A DNA stretch of 64,000 bases, from NCBI GenBank assembly GCA_018825385.1, contig JAHJEX010000071.1, forward strand, positions 1,547-65,546, given 5' to 3'. This document shows, one piece after another, positions 26,084 through 39,700 of this stretch (positions are counted from its first letter, which is position 1; every line of letters starts with the position of its first letter). The notes under the pieces are model-generated. The model made no database searches and was not told where the DNA came from. It worked only from the letters and a program-made list of their open reading frames with translations. This DNA comes from Patescibacteria group bacterium. Its GTDB lineage: Bacteria; Patescibacteriota; Patescibacteriia; UM-FILTER-42-10. The position numbers and the translations under genes were made by a program.

Positions 26084-27418
26084 TTATTTTCCTTGTTCAG
26101 GAATTGACAGTCTTACACCTTCATCTTTCACTTCCTGCCATGCATATTTTCCACTGGCCAAATCGCCATAAACCATACCCTGTACTTCAGCATGCCCTTT
26201 TTCTGCCAAAATGTTTTCAAGCTGTACTCCGAAACGAGCAGATTCTGCATCATCCAGACCCATCTTTTCTTTGAAAACGTGTTGAAGGAAGACGCTTAAA
26301 TAAGAGGCCGTAAATCCGTTTCTCTGGAAATCCGCCATTGTTTCCGGCTTATATTTATCTTGTAAAATCTCCTTTGCCAGTGTGCTGACTCTTTGATTAT
26401 TTTTAAGCTCCACCAATAGATCACCTTTTTCCGCTGCAACTCTCAAGGCCGCAATGGCTTTGTACTTGTCTTTCTGATGTACCGCCTCGACAAATATCTC
26501 TATAACTGGCCTTAGTCCTTCATTACTGACCTGTTCCAAGTTTGTTTCCTCTTTATGGATTCTGTCTCTGTCTTCTTCTGAACCTAAGAACTCTTCGATT
26601 AGTTTTGTTCTTTGTACTTCTGGATCTTTGGCAGGCACAGGCATAGGAACAGATTTAGTCAAAACTGGCTCCTCCTGATTCGGCTCTTCAAACATCACGT
26701 GATCAGTAGGAGTAACATTTAATGGAGTGGGAAAATTTGCATAATCGTATATTCTTATCACCTCTTTTAGAATTTCTTTTTCCTTTGGATCAAGGCCGGC
26801 AACTTTCTTACTGTGACTCATATAGTTAATCTCATCAAGTGGATTTTTCAATCCCGGCCGGTCAAAGAAACTGATAAAGTCTCTGATCCAGTTTTCTACG
26901 AGGGGATCTCTTTTATTGCCTCTCTCTGTTTCCAGCTGGTTATTACCTATCCTTTCTTTATTGTTCTGAATTCCTTTTAGCAATTTTGCCCTATCATCTC
27001 CCAATAAATCAAATGGAAATTTATGAAATACAAAATAAGTGTTCAAAACTTTTCTGACATCAATTTTCCATTCAATCGCCCTGACCAGGGAACTCTCTAG
27101 CAGGGCCTGCACCTGATCAGAAGTTCTGACCGGTATAGTAATAATTTCTCCGTAGAGCAGTAAGTCCTGATATTTTTTGTGGAGATCGGGAAAATCAGTT
27201 TCCAGCTCCCCGACAATCGGCGTGAGAGTATTTATAATTTCCACAGAGTCGCCCATCTCACAGAAGAATTCAGGATCCAGAAACGTAACAAAAAGCCGAT
27301 CAAATGTTTCCACCCGCCTTATGTCCCTTACATCAAGCTTCCGAATTTCCTCTAAACTCATCGGAAATATCCGGAGCTTCAGTATATCTTCTCTTTCTGG
27401 AATATTCGATAAATCCAT
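26084..27418 (-). CDS. Hypothetical cytoplasmic protein (444 aa), last gene of the giant-protein operon
   Basis: The ORF is co-oriented and 17 nt downstream of the VirB6-like gene. No motif was recognised. Confidence 0.4.
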   Translation of the reverse strand: MDLSNIPEREDILKLRIFPMSLEEIRKLDVRDIRRVETFDRLFVTFLDPEFFCEMGDSVEIINTLTPIVGELETDFPDLHKKYQDLLLYGEIITIPVRTSDQVQALLESSLVRAIEWKIDVRKVLNTYFVFHKFPFDLLGDDRAKLLKGIQNNKERIGNNQLETERGNKRDPLVENWIRDFISFFDRPGLKNPLDEINYMSHSKKVAGLDPKEKEILKEVIRIYDYANFPTPLNVTPTDHVMFEEPNQEEPVLTKSVPMPVPAKDPEVQRTKLIEEFLGSEEDRDRIHKEETNLEQVSNEGLRPVIEIFVEAVHQKDKYKAIAALRVAAEKGDLLVELKNNQRVSTLAKEILQDKYKPETMADFQRNGFTASYLSVFLQHVFKEKMGLDDAESARFGVQLENILAEKGHAEVQGMVYGDLASGKYAWQEVKDEGVRLSIPEQGK

Positions 27419-27435
27419 TGCAAAATATTAATTTA

Positions 27436-30400
27436 TTAGCTCTGTTCCCCTTTGCCCTTTTCTTCATCTACTGCTCTATCCGTTTTGCCTCCTCTTTCCT
27501 TATTTTCTCCTTTTTCCGCTGAAGCTCCGGTGCCAGACGGACTGCCGGCACTGCCTTTGGGTCTGTTTTCGGCTTTCATTGCCTTTAGTATCTTGCCCAT
27601 AATATGCAGTAATCGCTGTTGTGAAATAGGATCTTGTATTTGCCCTTCGCCCGCATTTTTCATACCACTCTTAAGATCTCCTAAAGTTTTTTCTAAACTA
27701 TCTCTTTTTCCGGGATCACTTATTTTCACAATAGAATCGCTCAATTTATTGACTACTCCACCAAAACTCTTCGTAAGATCGCTTAGGGATTCGACAGTAG
27801 CCATAGCACCGCGTTCTAACTCTCCCGAAATCTTGCCCAAAGCTTCTTCCATACCAGCCAGGTCCATTCCTACTGTGATATCAGAAATATTCTCTCCTAT
27901 CGCCTCCTCAATTGAACCCATATCAATATCCAGTCCTTTAACTGCTGCTACTTTAGCGTTTTTTTCTTCCACAACTTTATCTTGCGTCAGGGTATCAACT
28001 TGTTTACCGTCCTTCAGTTTCTGCCATACCGGTTTTTTATCGGCGCCGACACCTTTGCTCTTTCTATAGGTATGCCCGCCCATTTCAAATTCCTCTCCCG
28101 CTTCAATTTTCTTTGAAACATCAGAATCCATTTCTGTGGCCACCTTCTTGACATCCGGCACTTCAGCTTCCTTAACTTTCTTTTTAAGATTAATTGGTTC
28201 CCGTTTTTCTTTATTTGCTTTCTCATTTTCGTTATCCTGCGCAAGGCCCTCCCAGCCCTCGTCAATAGGAATGGCTCTGCCAACATCCTTTCTTTCACCT
28301 CTATGCGCCATATTCCAGACTGCTCGCATAATATTAGGGTTTTGATCATATAGTTTTTTCCAGTTTTCCAGTTTCTCCGGAGAAGTCGGCATACCATCAG
28401 CATCAAAAAATGCGTTCTCTTCCCCTATGCCGTTAATCGTCCCGGAAAGAATCTGAGGCACTCTGGTTTGGAGATGGTGGATTTCCGCTACCATCTGAGG
28501 GGTTAGTATTTCTGACAGCATTCTTTTCTGATATCCTGTCATATTTTCAGGATCAAGGTCATAGTTCCATTTCCCATCTTCATCTTTCACCTGGGATACG
28601 AAATTATGAGGCGCCATGTTTTGAATCAGTCCTCTAGTACCCTGCTTTCGCGCTTCACCTTTCACCTCTTCTATCTTTTGATCATCGCTCATCATATAAT
28701 ATTTACCGGTCTCAGGATTCAAGTTAGTTGTAACCTGCTCCCAATGACCAACTTTTCTGGCCCCCTGACTGAGGGCAAAAAGGGTGCTCAGCCGCGCCTG
28801 ATCAATGTCCGATGCGTCAGCGGCACTGTCTCTGGCCGTGTCTTCCACATGTGTTCTGTTTTGTGCCGCAATTGTCCTGGCTTGTTTACGGCCGGATTTT
28901 GTTTCCAGATCCAAATTATTTTCCTTGGCAATATCGTTCAAGTTTAGTTTCAGTCCTTTTCTCGCAGCGATAGCATTAGGATCAAATTTTTCTCTGTCTA
29001 ATCCCATATAGTGCATTGCAAATATTTTCTGTGTTTCTTCATTCATAACCCTTGATTGCTCAAAGCCAGTCATAACCACATTACCTTCCTCATCTTTTTT
29101 GTCCTCAAAACCCCACTCCTTGGCATCTTGTTCAGTCTTCACATAATGATCCATGAAATGGGTAAAAACATCATCCATATTGCCTTTTCCAGTGGCCATT
29201 TCCAAAATAGCCATCCGAGTATCCTCACCCTGCGTACCGCCCTGTTTCCAGCCTCGATCGGCAAATTCCATCATCTTTTCTTTGGCATCTGTAGACGAAC
29301 CCATTGCCTGATTAATATCAGATATACGCTGGTTAATGACTTTACGGCGCGCTTCTTCTGCTCTTGGAAATGCCGCTCCCTTTCTCTCTTCAGTTTTAGC
29401 AAATAAACCGTACCCTTTAAATGTGTTCTTCAGTCTGTCGCCCATGCCCGGCACCCATTCCTGCATAATCTTTTCCATCGCCTCTTCACCTTTACCTGCT
29501 GTTTTTGTATCCTCTATTTCTTTCAGCTTTCTTCCTCTTTCGCCCATACCCTTCCAGAAAGCCGGAGATACAATCGGGACTTTCTCCTGAATTTTTCGGC
29601 CAATTGCCCCGCGCGGTCTTTGGGTAACTCTCCAACCCACTGAAAAAGGTTTAGTAAATGCGCCAACACCCATTGATTTCAGCTTGCCGGGAAAACTACC
29701 AAGAGTTGAACCGCCCATTACACCCAACTGTTGGGTTAACATAATGCCGGTAATAAGTAAGGCAATCGTAATGATGTAGTTGAACATATTCTGAGTTGTC
29801 ATGATTGCTGTCGCACCCTTAGGTAGATCTGCCGATTTGCCATCGGTTTCTATAGCGCCAATAGTACCTCCCAGATCTCCACCGCCGCCGCCTTCCAGTT
29901 CAGAAAGATTAATAGGCATCCCGGCACTGGTAGAAATAATAGAAAGTGATAGCCATAGAAAAAATGCCAAGATTGGGCCGGAAATTAAATTTTTTCCCAA
30001 TGACTGCCACCACTGAGAAGCGTAACGCGATGTATTGGGCAATACAGAGGCAATAAATGCGACCGGGGAAAGAATGACCAGAATCCAAAGCATCAAAATT
30101 CTTGCAACAATAATTATCAACATAGCAATTATTACGGCAATTGCTACTACCAACATAGCATTTGCTAAAAAAATCGCTGCAAGCACAGAAAAGAATCCCT
30201 TAAGTCCATCCGTGTCCTGAGCAAAACTAGTCATTTGTGCCAAATTCAAACCTACTGTCAATACTATTGGAGCAGAATCTTTGAATGCGCCAACAAAAGT
30301 CAACATTATTACTTGCGCAGCGTCTATAAACATGCCGGTAATGGTTTTGCTGAAATTGATCAGCACTGCCATAATAATCATTTTAACCAGCAGACTGCGG

Positions 30401-30771
30401 GCATGATAAGACTGAATTTTCAAGATAGTGCCAAAGGCAATCACCATTAATGCAATAATAAACATCATATTGGAAAGATCTCTAACAATTGTCCAACCGA
30501 TGTGCACTGCTGGTGGTGCTTCTAAATTTACAAAATTATTGAAGCTAAATACGCCGACTAACTGTTCGATCAATATACCCAACAATGTTCCAAGCAACTT
30601 CAAAATCATACTGCCAATATCTCCTATCACTCCAATAAGTGCCTTGGAAAAACCCAAATCTGCTGCTTTTGTTACTCCCGGAAAAATCATTCCCACAAAA
30701 ACAACTACCCCCAACACACCAAGTAGGGGCAGAAATTTTTTCCTAAATCGTGATAAGTTCTTCCTAAACAT
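27436..30771 (-). CDS. Large integral membrane protein, TrbL/VirB6-like topology (signal peptide, ~6 TM helices, Gly-rich loop, ~750-aa charged hydrophilic tail)
   Basis: Signal peptide MFRKNLSRFRKKFLPLLGVLGVVVFVGMIFPGVTKA. Multiple long hydrophobic helices span residues 40-330. The tail is rich in K/E/D. Only the architecture is similar to VirB6/TrbL; no sequence motif supports it. Confidence 0.4.
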   Translation of the reverse strand: MFRKNLSRFRKKFLPLLGVLGVVVFVGMIFPGVTKAADLGFSKALIGVIGDIGSMILKLLGTLLGILIEQLVGVFSFNNFVNLEAPPAVHIGWTIVRDLSNMMFIIALMVIAFGTILKIQSYHARSLLVKMIIMAVLINFSKTITGMFIDAAQVIMLTFVGAFKDSAPIVLTVGLNLAQMTSFAQDTDGLKGFFSVLAAIFLANAMLVVAIAVIIAMLIIIVARILMLWILVILSPVAFIASVLPNTSRYASQWWQSLGKNLISGPILAFFLWLSLSIISTSAGMPINLSELEGGGGGDLGGTIGAIETDGKSADLPKGATAIMTTQNMFNYIITIALLITGIMLTQQLGVMGGSTLGSFPGKLKSMGVGAFTKPFSVGWRVTQRPRGAIGRKIQEKVPIVSPAFWKGMGERGRKLKEIEDTKTAGKGEEAMEKIMQEWVPGMGDRLKNTFKGYGLFAKTEERKGAAFPRAEEARRKVINQRISDINQAMGSSTDAKEKMMEFADRGWKQGGTQGEDTRMAILEMATGKGNMDDVFTHFMDHYVKTEQDAKEWGFEDKKDEEGNVVMTGFEQSRVMNEETQKIFAMHYMGLDREKFDPNAIAARKGLKLNLNDIAKENNLDLETKSGRKQARTIAAQNRTHVEDTARDSAADASDIDQARLSTLFALSQGARKVGHWEQVTTNLNPETGKYYMMSDDQKIEEVKGEARKQGTRGLIQNMAPHNFVSQVKDEDGKWNYDLDPENMTGYQKRMLSEILTPQMVAEIHHLQTRVPQILSGTINGIGEENAFFDADGMPTSPEKLENWKKLYDQNPNIMRAVWNMAHRGERKDVGRAIPIDEGWEGLAQDNENEKANKEKREPINLKKKVKEAEVPDVKKVATEMDSDVSKKIEAGEEFEMGGHTYRKSKGVGADKKPVWQKLKDGKQVDTLTQDKVVEEKNAKVAAVKGLDIDMGSIEEAIGENISDITVGMDLAGMEEALGKISGELERGAMATVESLSDLTKSFGGVVNKLSDSIVKISDPGKRDSLEKTLGDLKSGMKNAGEGQIQDPISQQRLLHIMGKILKAMKAENRPKGSAGSPSGTGASAEKGENKERGGKTDRAVDEEKGKGEQS

Positions 30772-30790
30772 ATTTCGGCTGTATATGAGT

Positions 30791-33700
30791 TTAGCTTGGA
30801 TAGACAGTAATTACTCCGTCAAACCCCTGATAGTCACGAACACCGATACTGCAATCTCGACTACCTGAATCGGTTTCCGGTTGGTCGTTACAGAATCCCC
30901 AGTTGTCGATCAACATTATTTCTATATTATAGTTTAGTATCCCCCCCGGAGCATCATAGGTGTGAGACATTAAGTGTGGCTGGCTTGGGTCAGATTTTGG
31001 CGCACCATTCCACATAATATGACTTGTGGAAGTATCGCCCCAATCCACAACTATATGCTTTAATGCTTCCTGTTCCGGATCAACAAAGCTATTGAAAGTT
31101 AAGGTAACTGATCCTCCACCAAATAATTCCACATCACCGGTTGCACCATTTACAAGTACATTATCAATCGTAGGCAGAATCCCGCATAGGTCAGTTTCTC
31201 CTGGTAATCCCGGCCAAGTCGGGCGTGGTCCCAAGCCTGCATTACAACTGTCCCCAGGGAGAGCACAATCTGTGTCATTAACACATGCTGCACCGGAAAT
31301 ATCACATTCCATATTGCAAAGTGGCATTGTCACGAAAGCATCATTCCAATTTTGCGCCCATACAGCTGTATTGGTTATATCCTGATAACTACCCGTACCA
31401 TCATCCCAGCGCCAAGCACCATAAATATAACCGAAAATTCTTTGCAATCTTTCTATCGCCCAGTCATCTCCGGTAGGATCAGTTGGTCCATCTCCTCTTC
31501 CTCTTACCTCCGATCCAACGCATGAACCGCCATTAATATCTATACAATCCTGATCAATTTCACACGCAACCGTTTGGGCATCACTGCAGAACCCAACACC
31601 CACGCATACACCGCGATCATCTGCCGTACCGCCGCAATCAGCGTCAGTTGAACATGGATACTGGACGCTACGATGCGCTGTATCATAATCACCGCCAAAA
31701 CAAACTTTTGGTACACAGTCACCATCACAACTATATGGCCTGCCTGATCTTTGATTGTTGAAAGCAGGTAGCGGATAATTATCAAAATTATCAACATACA
31801 GCGGATTTAAAAGTTGCTGATCCCCCATACTGTCCCAAGTTTGTCCGGGATCATCTCCCTGCCCCGCTACGATCGCACCGAATGGCGCAGAGTCCGAACT
31901 ATAAGTGTATAAAAGTTCGGGAATTACATAAGAGCTGGTATTAGCGGTCCGCTGAGCCCATGCCTTATCATCAGTTGGGCTTACAACTTTTGCGATTTCT
32001 TTGCACGAATCACGCAAATATATGTATCCCATTACCCACATTCCTCCGAAATTCGTGCTACCGTCGCTCATATGGACAAAATAGCTTTCTATCGTCTTAT
32101 CAACGGAGTCAAAATTAACTTTTACTTCAAAACAGTTCAGGTCTTGGCAATTGATTGACTCACCTGGATCTTTGTTCCAGCCACCCTGATCGCCTAAAAT
32201 ATGCCAGCCATTTTCGGCATTGGCCACCCAGGTATAGGCATTACTGGGCCAGTCACCATGCGACGATCTTTGCTGGACCCATTCGATCCGGTCAATTTCC
32301 CACTCGTGGTAGTTTACATCTTCACCAATTGCCGCGACTGTCCGGTTGATTCCGTTGCCACCGGTGCAGCTGACCCATCCGTAAAACCCGGCCGCCGCCC
32401 CTCCCGGAAGCATCTGCCGTCCGCCGCAGGATGCGACAGACCTTAACTGCGGTATATTTTCCAGAGACCCACAAGCATAGTCGCCACTACAACCTTGATT
32501 AATATAATTCCAAGGGATATCGCATTCCGCATTCAGCCAGTTAGTCTGTACCGGACGGCGATAACCATAAGCTTGTTCCACTAAACCTGTTCTCACATTG
32601 TTTTCACCGCAAAAATCCTGCGTATCTATATTGCCGGGGAGAGTGCGCGTCGTATCGTCAAAATTGCCACTTGCCTCCACACACATATATAGAGGCCTAC
32701 GGCCTTTGTAGCCGGCCGGCTCCACCGTGCCGAACACGCTGGATTCACCAGAAATTACATCAACCGGCCACCAAGTGATACACTTATTAGCATTGGTTGG
32801 ATCCGTTTCAATACAATACCCTTGCCAGCCGTTGAATTCTACCAGGTCACTATTGGTATATTGGCACTTTTCAGAGTCTTCACGCGGATAGGCGCGACAA
32901 GAACGCACTATATAGGCTTCATCGCCGTCTGTAGTAGAAAGGTTTGCCGCCGGCACTATTGTAAAACCAGCTGCTCCTGCCGGTCGCCAGGTGAAAATCA
33001 TTTGAGCATCACCCAAATTTTGGTAATATTCAACCATTATCGGATGCCAGCCAGCATCAAGGCCGAATAGGGTTACAGAATTGTTATTATCTCCATCATT
33101 CCAATCATCCAGAACAGGATTTGCCAGATCATCAATATAAAAACGTAATCCATCATTTGTATTGAATTGGAAACCATAGTTGCCGGCAGTTTCTAATAAG
33201 ATTTGCCCGGTCCAGCGTACCGCCACTTGCTCATCCGTTCCGGCTTGGTCATTGAGATGATTAGCCATCGCCGGAACAGAGTAGTCTAAGTTGTTACTAA
33301 CATATGTTCCTAAGTAACTACCAAAAACCCGTTCAAGTTCCGTAGTTAAACTGCTCTGCGGAATCAGATAGCTGTTTGGAATAGCTGTAATTCGGTTCCA
33401 GTCTGGATGGGCCATTCCTTCAACTACTGATGTAGCTGAGTTGTTTGTCCAAGCAATTGGCGATATTTCTCCGTCTCCATTAGCGTCCCATGCATACTCA
33501 ACGCAGAATGGGTTAGGTATTCCTCCTCCGCAATCAGAAGGATCCCATTGTCCGGTAACCCAGCCAAGTTGTAAGCCACCATATGCACCTTCTGCATTAT
33601 TAAACTCTATTTTTATTGGATGCCAACCTGCTGTGAAGTACTCGGAATACATAAATCCTAAAGTTGGAATATTACCCCAGGCGCTGACTATTTCTGCACC

Positions 33701-36700
33701 GGGTGATAAATCATCTACCCAGATTCTTACTCCATCATTTACATTGAAGAAAAGAGTATAAATTCCTGACGAGGGGAAATTTATACCACCTTCCCATCTT
33801 GCAGAACTTCCTTCAATTATGAGATCATTATTATTTGGTACAAAAGCCTGCATTTCTCCAGGAATAGTAACGAATCTATCCGCATTACCACAAAGACAGC
33901 AAATACTATCTGGTATACTACAATCTATTGCTGCTGGAGATTCGTCATAACATGCCACGCACGGCTCATACCAGTTAATCATTGGTACCTCGTATGGATT
34001 TGCAGCGCACGGCACCGATAGATTGGTATCTGTAAAACACTCCTCATTAAGACCGGGAACGCTGGTAACTGTAGGTTGGTACACATGTGTAAAATAATCA
34101 CCTCGAATACCGGGCGAATCAAAAGCCTTCACCGCCAGCGCCGGTTTCATGGAAACATTATCTAATGCGAATGAAATATTTCCGCCCATATTTCTGATTA
34201 GTAAAAAGGTCTGCGCATTTTCGTCCGGTAGGCCGGTAACTTCGACCGGTTCTAGCACCTGCTGTGTCCACCCCGTAGAACCGTTAAAATAACCCAGAAG
34301 ATTTTCACCAACAATATTTACACCATCAAACTGGGCCAGTGAAACAGCTATTTCTTCACTGCCTTCCTGAGGAAGGTATTCAAATCGAAAATCAAAGCTG
34401 GCAATATATTCAGTATTATTTAGAATATTTGATCCCAGATCTACCTTTACACCTAATCCAACAAACGAACAACTACCACCCCCGGTACATTCTGAACCTG
34501 CTAAGATACAAGTTGTTCCTTCATTATCAGATGCATCGTCACAAACTCCCAGCGCCCCAGCTTTATAAAGAAGATAGTTGTTCTCATCTAGTGCGGCATT
34601 GCCCAACGTCTCTTCACCTTCTACTACTATAATTTCACTATCAAGTGCAGGGAAAATTGGCGACCAGGACGGATCCTCATTTACATCTTTGCAGTTAGCA
34701 GTATCTGTTAATTCTTCATTTGGTATGCAATGAGCATCAACAATACAGGAATCACCTTTGTTCTCTTGCTCGTCATCACATACCATAAAGCCTTCTATTG
34801 CATCTGATTCAAAATCTCCAAATTGCACCAAATCTTTGGTTATTGCACCGCCCATTCCTACTTCAAACATTTCTGAATATGGATACAAGCCTTCTATAAT
34901 ATGACATTCTTCACCAAGAGGCCCCGCACAATCCGTAAGCTCCGTCGCTACTGTGCAGGAAACAGAATGATCGTCCTTACATCCATATTGAAGTCCGGCA
35001 CTGACAAATCCGGAAAGGTTTTGGAAATCGTCAAATGGATACGCTCCCGTATCACCGGTTACATTTGCTGGGGGAGTGGTTACCGTACCAGCACATAGAC
35101 CCCCCGGTCCAAGCTCATCACACAGACCTATTTCAAAACATACATCTTCTTTCGTCTTTCCATCACCATCCAAATCTAATTCATCATCAACTTCAAATGA
35201 TGTTTTACAATAAAGCCATTCATCACATACCCTGTCTCTTCTTACTTTAAGAACAGTGTTGGAATCATTATAAGGACTACTATTCGCTGTATATAGTGGA
35301 TTACATGAACCACCGAGACATTCAGCTCCCGTAGCAGTACAAGGATCTCCTGGGTTTGTGCCACCAGAACATGTGCCATATCTGCCCAGCACCGGCGGTC
35401 CGAATTCAGGATTCTCTATACAAATGCCCGTTGGCGGACTGCAATCAACATCAGTTTCACACTCTTGACCATAAAAAGTTACGTCACTAGGATCCAGATT
35501 ACAGTATTTTTTCAGGCCATCCGGACTGAGGTCGGCCGAATAATTAATTGACTGTGACGTATCGTTAAATAATTTACATCCTTTTTCTTCGTTGACTACG
35601 CCATTGCAACTGGTTGCATCAACCGTTCTGTCTATATAGTAATAGGTTTCACATCCGGGTAATCCTCCTACACTTTCTGCGCAATTCTCATCAAATAGCA
35701 CTCCGTTTTCATATGGACAGTTTGGTTGACAGCCAACCGGATCCACTGGATCACGATATGCTTCACATCCGTCAAATTCTGCTTCACAAACACCCACCCA
35801 TGGTATGCATCGGCTGCCATTCGTGCATTCAACTGGATTATCAGGGTTGCAGACAGTTCCTGCTGGCAATGCCGGGCTTCCTCCTTCACAAACAAAAGCA
35901 GGAATAGCAGGATTAGGCGGAGTGTCAGTCTTGTCGCAAAGTTCTTCTGTTCCGACAATATACCAGTCAAGAACATATGATCCTAATAGCTGCTTATACT
36001 CGCATAAACGACCGGCTGGATCTTTGAAAAATGTTTTTCCGGTACTGCCCGAGAATCCAAACTCTTCACATCCGACCTCTGAGTGTGCACACCATATATC
36101 AGAATACTGATCGGCATTATCTTTTAGATACACCGTATCATATCCGGTTATGTTGTTACGCTCATCAAATACAGGCTCACCCAATTCCGCACAGCCTTTA
36201 TCGCTAGATGAACAACGCACTTCCTCTTTATTAATAAACCTGACTGTCTCGTCTGGTGGAATGGTAATGAAGCTCTGAGTCTGTAGCGGATCACCATAGT
36301 CTTCTGAGAAAGGACTAGAAGTATTCATTGTATCTATGAGCGCTTCACATCCTGCTACATTTTCTTCACATAATTTGGAAAATGATTTTAGGTAATGGAT
36401 ATTTCCGTCACTATCTGAATACGCTTCACAATTTTCAGATCCATAGCATGTTCTAAATGAATCGCGCACTAGATACTGGCTATTTGTTGTTTCTACCAGT
36501 TCAATGTTATCAAGATATATCTGATTTCCAACACTTAAAATTTGTAGACTGCTTGGTAGTCCGGTCCAACCTGCCGGATCAGATATATCTATAGTTACCG
36601 GACCAAGTCTAAACTCTTGCCATTCCGGCACAAGAGTAACTGTAGGTGGAAGTGTTAAAACGGTCTGATCGGCAAACCAAGTATTGCCATTTGCACCCGC

Positions 36701-39700
36701 TACTGTATCAAATCTGACAGTTATCGTTTCTGAAGCTGCGGGAGTCATTCCCCAGAATCTTAATTCATATGTTTTGCCGTCTTCTACTGTCACTGTTTTA
36801 TCAATATCAGTATTAACATTAGAAGCCAATGAGTGCCCACCCGCTATTACTGAATTAGTGCTTACTGTTGCTGGTGTCCAACCCTGAGTAGTACCGTCTT
36901 CAAAATCATCAAAAAATATTTGTCGATAGTTGTAGCCAGAATTTCCCAGATATTCCCTACAGCCCATAAATTCTTGCGGACAAGCTCTACTTTCACTTGG
37001 AATACCATAATAAATGTCTTCATCTATACTGTTTCTTTCAGGGTGACAATCATCTGAAACAGTGATGGTTTGTGATTTATATCTATAAAATACATTTAAG
37101 CTTGCATCAAAGAATTGTGTGCAATCAGGGTTGGTTCCATATTCATTTGTTCCTGCAGGACCACAGTCAATTACAGTATTCGATCCATCTTCACAATCTA
37201 AAGGAAGTGTTGGACCCACTTCTAAATGAGTACAAGGTGCATATGGTAGGCCTATATCACTCTGTTTCAGTCTAAATGCTCTCAACTGATAACCGGCTAC
37301 GGCATCCCCTTCCCAAGCATAGTAAGGAGCAGTATTTATTTCACCTGGAAGAACACATTGTTTTAGATATGTATAATATTCTTTACCTTCGCCACCATCT
37401 GCTACTTCATCTAGATTTGTGTATTCTTCACACCCGACATATGCCGCAGAACATTGTAGACCGGTATTTGGAATGAAAGATATGCTAGGAAAGCAGTATC
37501 CAGTACCGCAATCCAGGCTCGTTAAACATGCTTCTCCCTCATTCCCACCGCCATGACAATAATTGCCAGAACGCTCTATGTGATTTGGATTAGGAACAAT
37601 GGTAGTTAATGGTACTTCCTCAAATGCCTTGCACCCTACATCCTGGCTTGGACACTGATCAGAAGGTGTAATCTGTGCCGGTATTTGATCTCCGCCAGCA
37701 AGCGGGTCATACCACTGACAACCTACATCATCCGGATCACATGTATCTCTTTCTCCGGTTAGATATATCCTGTTTACAGTTCCATAATCAGCATATTGGC
37801 CGGCGCTACTTGATTCTTCTAACATGACCGCGTCATACAACATGTCACAGACACTATCTGCATAAAAACGGACATCAAGCGTTTGTTCAGAAGCAACTAT
37901 CGTGTCAGGAAGGTTTACAGTGACCTCATACCTTTGCCATTGATCACTTACGTTATCAATAGCTGTTGAAGAAGATTCTATGAACCCAGTATTTCCAACA
38001 TCTACCTGACCATCATTGTTGCAAGCAGTTGGATCAAGAGACATGGCATAAACTGAAAATGTAAATGATCTTCCCCTGATAGGAGATCCCGTATTAAATG
38101 AAGACATTATTCCTTCACTGAGTGGTGCGCCAGGAAGCATGCTAAGTGCTGTTATGCCAGAGAAAGGTATAACGCCTGGGGTATCTGGGGTAACGGCTTC
38201 TATAGAAGTACCCCCTATCGGCACCCATGCATCAAATGTGTTAGAAACCAGATTGTCCGGATCGCCTGTGTAGTATTCAAAGCTAGCATTGTTGATTAAA
38301 TTTGTGCCGTGGGTTGTTCTTATGTATTCATTACATCCGGCTACATCAGCAGTACAGGTTTCGGCACCGGCAGTAAGATGTGACATCCAATCTCTATAAT
38401 CCGGCCCAGGAGTATAAACAAGCCCCCATGGATCAAAGAGTCCATCTGACCACATGCTATAATCATCATTATTTACATCATCCCAATAACATTCCCACCT
38501 GTCATCAACCTCATTGTATTCTTTACAATACCATTGGCAGCCGACATTATCAGCGGAACATCCGTTGAAGTCGAGCGTGTCCCTTAGATAGGAATCCGGT
38601 TGTCCTTGACTGTCAATATAAGTTGTACATGTATTGTAATAGTCAGGACACGAATCTCCTCCGAAGCGCCAGATAGGATCCTCTTTTGTGCAGTAACCGT
38701 ATTGCTGACAGTTACCCGCCTCGTCTTCTGATAAACATGATTGATCGTCAACGCAGGAAGTGTTGCGTTGAATTTGACGTACTTTCGGAGTTTCACTTTT
38801 TCCATCGGCATCAAGATATTCATCAAAGAGGAAAGTCTCGCCATAACCACTATTTACACACTGGCTTGCCGGTGCTTTCAAAACCCAGTCCGGATCTATC
38901 AACTGATAGTATTGTGAAGATTCATCATCAAATTCCCTTATCAGATCATTAAGACTTCTAGCCCCGCCACCATATTCTCTGATATATGAAGCAGCCAGTT
39001 CCCAACTGACAGGTACCACTCTATGCCTTCTAAGAAGAACCAGGCTGCGGTAAGGATACCCTTCTGTATAATTCAACTGGGAACCACCATCTCCATAGCC
39101 AAACGGCTTGTTTCCGTTTATATATCCCCGGTCAATCGCCTCTTCTAAACGGAGTTGCTGTTCCACTGCTGTACGGAAACTGGCATCAATAACACAGTTC
39201 TCCGGCTCTGCAAAACTTGTAGGACATGAAGAAAGGGTATTTAAAATATCCACTGATCCACCCGCACTAAGGTTGGGCTGATTGAACGAAGCAAATTTTG
39301 CTTCCGCTGCAGCAATGCTCGAGGTTCTTCCAAATTGTCCCCCGTATTGCGAAGAAGTACTGTCTGCCGCCGGATTCAAACCTTTAACAAGAATGAATTC
39401 CATGTACTTTTTAACCAGTGTATTGGTAAACACGCCAACCATGTCAGCTATAATACTGCCTGTATTTGTTTCTTCTGCCGTAGTTGTTTGGGATAAAGCA
39501 AAATTTTGGGTTGCCTCAATTGTAGCCGCGGGCGTCTTTGTTCGACCGGTAATTGCACTCACTAAATCCTTAAAGCCTTTTTCTTGTGATGCAGCTTCTG
39601 CTGTTTCAGCTTCAAATTTTTTTTCTACTGCCCCTTTATAAACTGTTAAATATTGGCCTACGTTAGTTTGCTCATCGCCCCACATATTAGGAAATTCTTT